Positions 26,479-29,401 of a stretch of 29,401 bases of DNA are shown here, in pieces. The stretch covers positions 1 to 29,401 of the forward strand of contig JBEBGD010000067.1 in NCBI GenBank assembly GCA_040081625.1, written 5' to 3'. Source of the DNA: Chthoniobacteraceae bacterium. GTDB lineage: Bacteria; Verrucomicrobiota; Verrucomicrobiia; Chthoniobacterales; Chthoniobacteraceae. The notes under the pieces were generated by a model that had not been told where the DNA came from, searched no databases, and was given only the letters and a program-made list of their open reading frames with translations. How positions within the stretch are numbered: the first letter of the stretch is position 1; the number at the start of each line of letters is the position of its first letter. Made by a program: the position numbers and the translations under genes.

Positions 26479-26526
26479 GTAGCCACGTCGCTCTGCGACG
26501 TGCACGGCCCGGAGGGCGGTGGCTAC
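26479..26526. repeat. Second inverted GTAGC REP doublet
   Basis: GTAGC-CACGTCGC-TCT-GCGACGTG-CACGGCCC-GGA-GGGCGGTG-GCTAC; the right part matches 8252-8280 at 28/29 nt. Confidence 0.85.
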
Positions 26527-27437
26527 AGCGAGTTCCAAGCGAGGAGGGCTCCTGCTGCCGCGCGAATTGGATCGAGAAGTTGCGTGTCGAGGTCCGCGAG
26601 GAGCGGAAGCGCCGGGCCGGTCTCGGCGATGCCGGCGAGCGCAACGGCGCGGTGCAGCACCGGGATCGGGCCGTGGGAATTGCGCAGCGTCTCGAGTGAG
26701 TTGAAGCGCTCGCGAATCGCGTCCGCCTTCGCGAGGTCGCCCGCTTGCAGCGCGTGCAGCATTTCCTGCGAGCGCCGCGGCGCGACGCACACGCAGCCCG
26801 ACGTGAACGCGCGGACGCCGAACGTGCTCCAGTGCGCGATGATCGGTTGCTCGCCGATGCCGCTGACGATCATCGCCGGATCGACCTCATCGACGATCGC
26901 GCGGAGCAGCGGATCGACCGCCGGGTCCGGGCGCACGACGGCGTATTTGATCCACGAGATCACCCCCGCTTCGACGAGCGACTTCACGACCTGCGGCGTC
27001 ACGTATTTCTCGTCCTTCACGTAGAGCACGGCGGGGATACCCGCTCGCTCGACGAACTTCATCACCGCCACGCGCACGCCTTCCGGCGAGCTGACCGCAA
27101 TCGTCGGCAGGATCATCGCGGTCGGGAACTTCCGCGTCGCGAGGATCGCCGCCTGATCCATCATCGTGCCGAAATACGGGCCGACCGACGGCACGACCCA
27201 CGACTCCGGCGCGGCGAGTTCGGCGAGCATGTCGAGCACGTCGGCGAACTCACTCGGCGCGATGTTGTAGAAGTTCGCGTTGCCGCCGTAGAGCAGCGTC
27301 GAGACGCCGCCCGCCTCGATGTGGCGGATGAGCTTTGCATTCTCCGCCGCGCAGACCTTGAGCGAAGCGTCGCGGCACAGCGGCGGGACAGAGATGACGG
27401 AGCGATGGATGTCGGAGACGGCGAAAGTCGTTTTCAT
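26523..27437 (-). CDS. Dihydrodipicolinate synthase family lyase (keto-deoxy sugar-acid dehydratase/aldolase-like)
   Basis: SVPPL, LLYGGNANFY, VLYVK, WIKYAV (Schiff-base lysine), SGIGE, FTSG. Confidence 0.8.
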   Translation of the reverse strand: MKTTFAVSDIHRSVISVPPLCRDASLKVCAAENAKLIRHIEAGGVSTLLYGGNANFYNIAPSEFADVLDMLAELAAPESWVVPSVGPYFGTMMDQAAILATRKFPTAMILPTIAVSSPEGVRVAVMKFVERAGIPAVLYVKDEKYVTPQVVKSLVEAGVISWIKYAVVRPDPAVDPLLRAIVDEVDPAMIVSGIGEQPIIAHWSTFGVRAFTSGCVCVAPRRSQEMLHALQAGDLAKADAIRERFNSLETLRNSHGPIPVLHRAVALAGIAETGPALPLLADLDTQLLDPIRAAAGALLAWNSL

Positions 27438-27674
27438 TGCACCGTGCTTGCTACCGGGCGTGCCCGGCGGTGCGCTACTTCTTTTCGATCAGCCGATCGA
27501 AAGTGAGATGACACAATGCCTGTGAATACGCGTGGCGGGTGGCGCGTCTGTATCGGAACAAGAAAACAACGACACGGCCCCGGCAGGCTGAATGCGCGCG
27601 GATCACGCGGAGCAGAAGTTCCCCACGCGCGGCGGCCCGCTGGAGCCCGATACACATACAAGAACACAAATCTT

Positions 27675-28442
27675 ATGAACCGGATCACTACCCTTGGCAT
27701 GGCGCTGGCCCTCGCCGCCTCACTCACGGCCCCGGCGGAAGCGAAAAGCAAAAAGCAAAAAGCGGCGGCGCAACGCGTGGTCGCCTCGCCGGCCTACCAG
27801 CGTGCCCTGCTCGCGCAGCGAAACCCGCAGGCCTATCGCGAAGCCGTGCAGCGCACGCCGGCCTACCAACGTGCCCTGCTAGCGCAGCGGAACCCGCAGG
27901 CCTATCGCGAAGCCGTTCAACGCACGCCGCAATACCAGAACGCGCTGACCTACAACAAGGCCGTGCAGCGCACCCCGGCCTACCAGCGCGCCCTGCTTGC
28001 GCAGCGGGACCCGCAGGCCTATCGCGAGGCCGTCCAACGCACCCCGCAATACCAGGCTGCGCTCGCCGCCCAACGCTACGGATCATCCTATTACGGTGGC
28101 ACGTATCATCAGCCCCCTTACTCGACCTGCCGCGATTGGGACACCGACCGGGTGCATTATTGGAACGATCGCCCGTGGCACTGGTCCGGTGGATCGTGGG
28201 TCGTCCGGCAGGGTTACGCGCCGGCCTACTCGGCCTCGGTGGTCATCGATCGGGGCGGAAGTTCGCGCTCTCTCGTGGCGGATGTGCAGGCGGCGCTGGC
28301 CGATGCCGGCTACGATCCCGGCCCGGTGGATGGCGTGCCCGGTTCCATGACCCGTCACGCCGTCGCCGCCTATCAGGCCGACAATGGCCTCGCGGCGACC
28401 GGTCGAATCGACACATCGCTCGTGCGCTCGCTCGGCTTGTAA
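27675..28442 (+). CDS. Secreted repeat protein with a C-terminal peptidoglycan-binding domain (PG_binding_1-like)
   Basis: Signal peptide MNRITTLGMALALAASLTAPAEA; internal 23-aa repeats; VQAALADAGYDPGPVDGVPGSMTRHAVAAYQADNGLAATGRID. Confidence 0.85.
   Translation: MNRITTLGMALALAASLTAPAEAKSKKQKAAAQRVVASPAYQRALLAQRNPQAYREAVQRTPAYQRALLAQRNPQAYREAVQRTPQYQNALTYNKAVQRTPAYQRALLAQRDPQAYREAVQRTPQYQAALAAQRYGSSYYGGTYHQPPYSTCRDWDTDRVHYWNDRPWHWSGGSWVVRQGYAPAYSASVVIDRGGSSRSLVADVQAALADAGYDPGPVDGVPGSMTRHAVAAYQADNGLAATGRIDTSLVRSLGL
27789..28076 (+). repeat. Intragenic 69-bp tandem repeats encoding PAYQRALLAQR(N/D)PQAYREAVQRT
   Basis: Full units start at 27789, 27858 and 27975; partial units start at 27927 and 28044. 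Confidence 0.92.
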
Positions 28443-28469
28443 TGCGACCGCACGGAGCGCCGGGGCTAC
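28441..28469 (-). repeat. Degenerate single copy of the GTAGC REP
   Basis: AATGCGACCGCACGGAGCGCCGGGGCTAC aligns with AATGCACGGCCCGGAGGGCCGTGGCTAC (8250-8277) at 24/28 plus one gap. Confidence 0.55.
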
Positions 28470-28479
28470 GCCCGCGCGC

Positions 28480-29400
28480 TCAATGAATGTCGGGCTCCGT
28501 GTCGGCGGGGCCGCGGTGGAGGAATCGGAAGTCGCAGCCTTCGTTGGCTTGCGTCGTTTCGTTTAGGAAGAGCGAGAGGTAGCCGCGATGCGACCGCGAC
28601 GGTCGCGCTTTCCACGCAGCGGCGCGCGCGGCGAGTTCGTCGTCGGAGATGTCCACGTCGAGGCGGCGCGCTTCCACATCGAGCGTGATCATGTCGCCAT
28701 CGCGCACGAGCGCGAGCGGGCCGCCGATGGCGGATTCGGGCGCGACGTGCAGCACGCACGCGCCGTAGCTCGTGCCGCTCATGCGCGCGTCGGAGATGCG
28801 CAGCATGTCGCGCACGCCTTGCTCGAGCAGCTTCTTCGGGATGGGGAGCATGCCCCACTCGGGCATCCCCGGCGCGCCGATGGGGCCGGCGTTTTGCAGC
28901 ACGATCACCGAGTCGGCGGTGACGGCCAGCGCAGGATCGTCGATGCGAGCGGCGAGGTCGTCGTAGTCGCGGAAGACGACGGCGGGGCCGGTGTGCGTGA
29001 GGAAACGTTCCTCCATCGCCGCGTGCTTAATCACCGCGCCGCGCGGCGCGAGGTTGCCATGCAGGATCGCGGTGCCGCCGTCGTCGGAGAGTTTGCGGAT
29101 GACTTCGCGGTTGTGGATCTGCGCGCCGGCGAGGTTCTCGTGCAGCGTGCTGCCGTTCACGGTCGGCGTGTCGTGGAGCAGGTCGAGCACTTGCGCGAGC
29201 AGCGCGCGCAGGCCGCCGGCGAAATAGAAATCCTCCATCAGGAAGCGCCCCGCGGGGCGCAGGTCGGCGAAGCGCGGCGTGCGGCGCGAGACTTCGTCGA
29301 ACTTCTCCAGCGGCAGCGACACGCCCGCGCGTCCGGCCATCGCGATGAGGTGGCTGATCGCATTCGTCGAACCGCCGAGCGCCATGTCGGCGACGATGGC
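28480..29400 (-). CDS. IlvD/Edd family dehydratase, L-arabinonate-dehydratase-like; 5' end lies beyond the right edge
   Basis: GGSTNA, GRFLMEDF, GNLAPRGAVIK, GAPGMPE, ISDARMSGTSYG, VLHVAPE, QANEGCDF...EPDIH; the frame stays open to the window edge. Confidence 0.9.
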   Translation of the reverse strand, partial: AIVADMALGGSTNAISHLIAMAGRAGVSLPLEKFDEVSRRTPRFADLRPAGRFLMEDFYFAGGLRALLAQVLDLLHDTPTVNGSTLHENLAGAQIHNREVIRKLSDDGGTAILHGNLAPRGAVIKHAAMEERFLTHTGPAVVFRDYDDLAARIDDPALAVTADSVIVLQNAGPIGAPGMPEWGMLPIPKKLLEQGVRDMLRISDARMSGTSYGACVLHVAPESAIGGPLALVRDGDMITLDVEARRLDVDISDDELAARAAAWKARPSRSHRGYLSLFLNETTQANEGCDFRFLHRGPADTEPDIH

Positions 29401-29401
29401 A

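Noticed and set aside
27451..27467. CTACCGGGC-GT-GCCCGG hairpin as another REP
   Set aside because: The GTAG lies on the 3' side of the hairpin, the stem is short and there is no TCY loop.
27583..27620. c-di-AMP (ydaO) riboswitch, suggested by GCTGAAT...GGAGC upstream of a peptidoglycan-related gene
   Set aside because: The downstream conserved blocks (GGGGGA, GGGGTGAAT, CCCGAA.CCGTCAGCTAACC) are absent.
27789..28076. CRISPR or non-coding interpretation of the 69-bp repeats
   Set aside because: The repeats are contiguous, in frame and differ almost only at synonymous positions, so they are protein repeats.

Overview
High-GC (about two-thirds by eye) bacterial chromosomal window, most consistent with Verrucomicrobiota. 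That assignment is inferred from RNase HIII, a UvrA that reads past its normal C-terminus, the lack of Shine-Dalgarno motifs and the type of secreted proteins. The left third (1-10.3 kb) is genome maintenance and envelope: uvrA (3'-truncated and missing from the supplied ORF track), HU, rnhC, mutY, a GT9 heptosyltransferase, two secreted DUF4412-like paralogues, maf and a UvrD/Rep helicase. The right two-thirds is a mostly minus-strand catabolic region: IlvD/Edd sugar-acid dehydratase, DHDPS-family lyase, NHL protein, D-aminoacylase, class-III aminotransferase, MlrC/M81 peptidase, RidA, M19 dipeptidase, MFS transporter, eda, uxaE and an IolO-like epimerase. It is interrupted by a GT2-methyltransferase fusion, a large tandem-DUF4394 surface protein and a repeat-rich peptidoglycan-binding protein. 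The most striking non-gene signal is a set of REP-like palindromes with a G(T/G)AG foot, an ~8-bp stem and a TCY loop: one is translated in frame inside uvrA, and others supply the TAG stop codons of three genes. There is also an unrelated inverted CAGGATT tandem array, a candidate structured leader RNA and several apparently leaderless promoters. No transposase, tRNA, rRNA or CRISPR array was seen.
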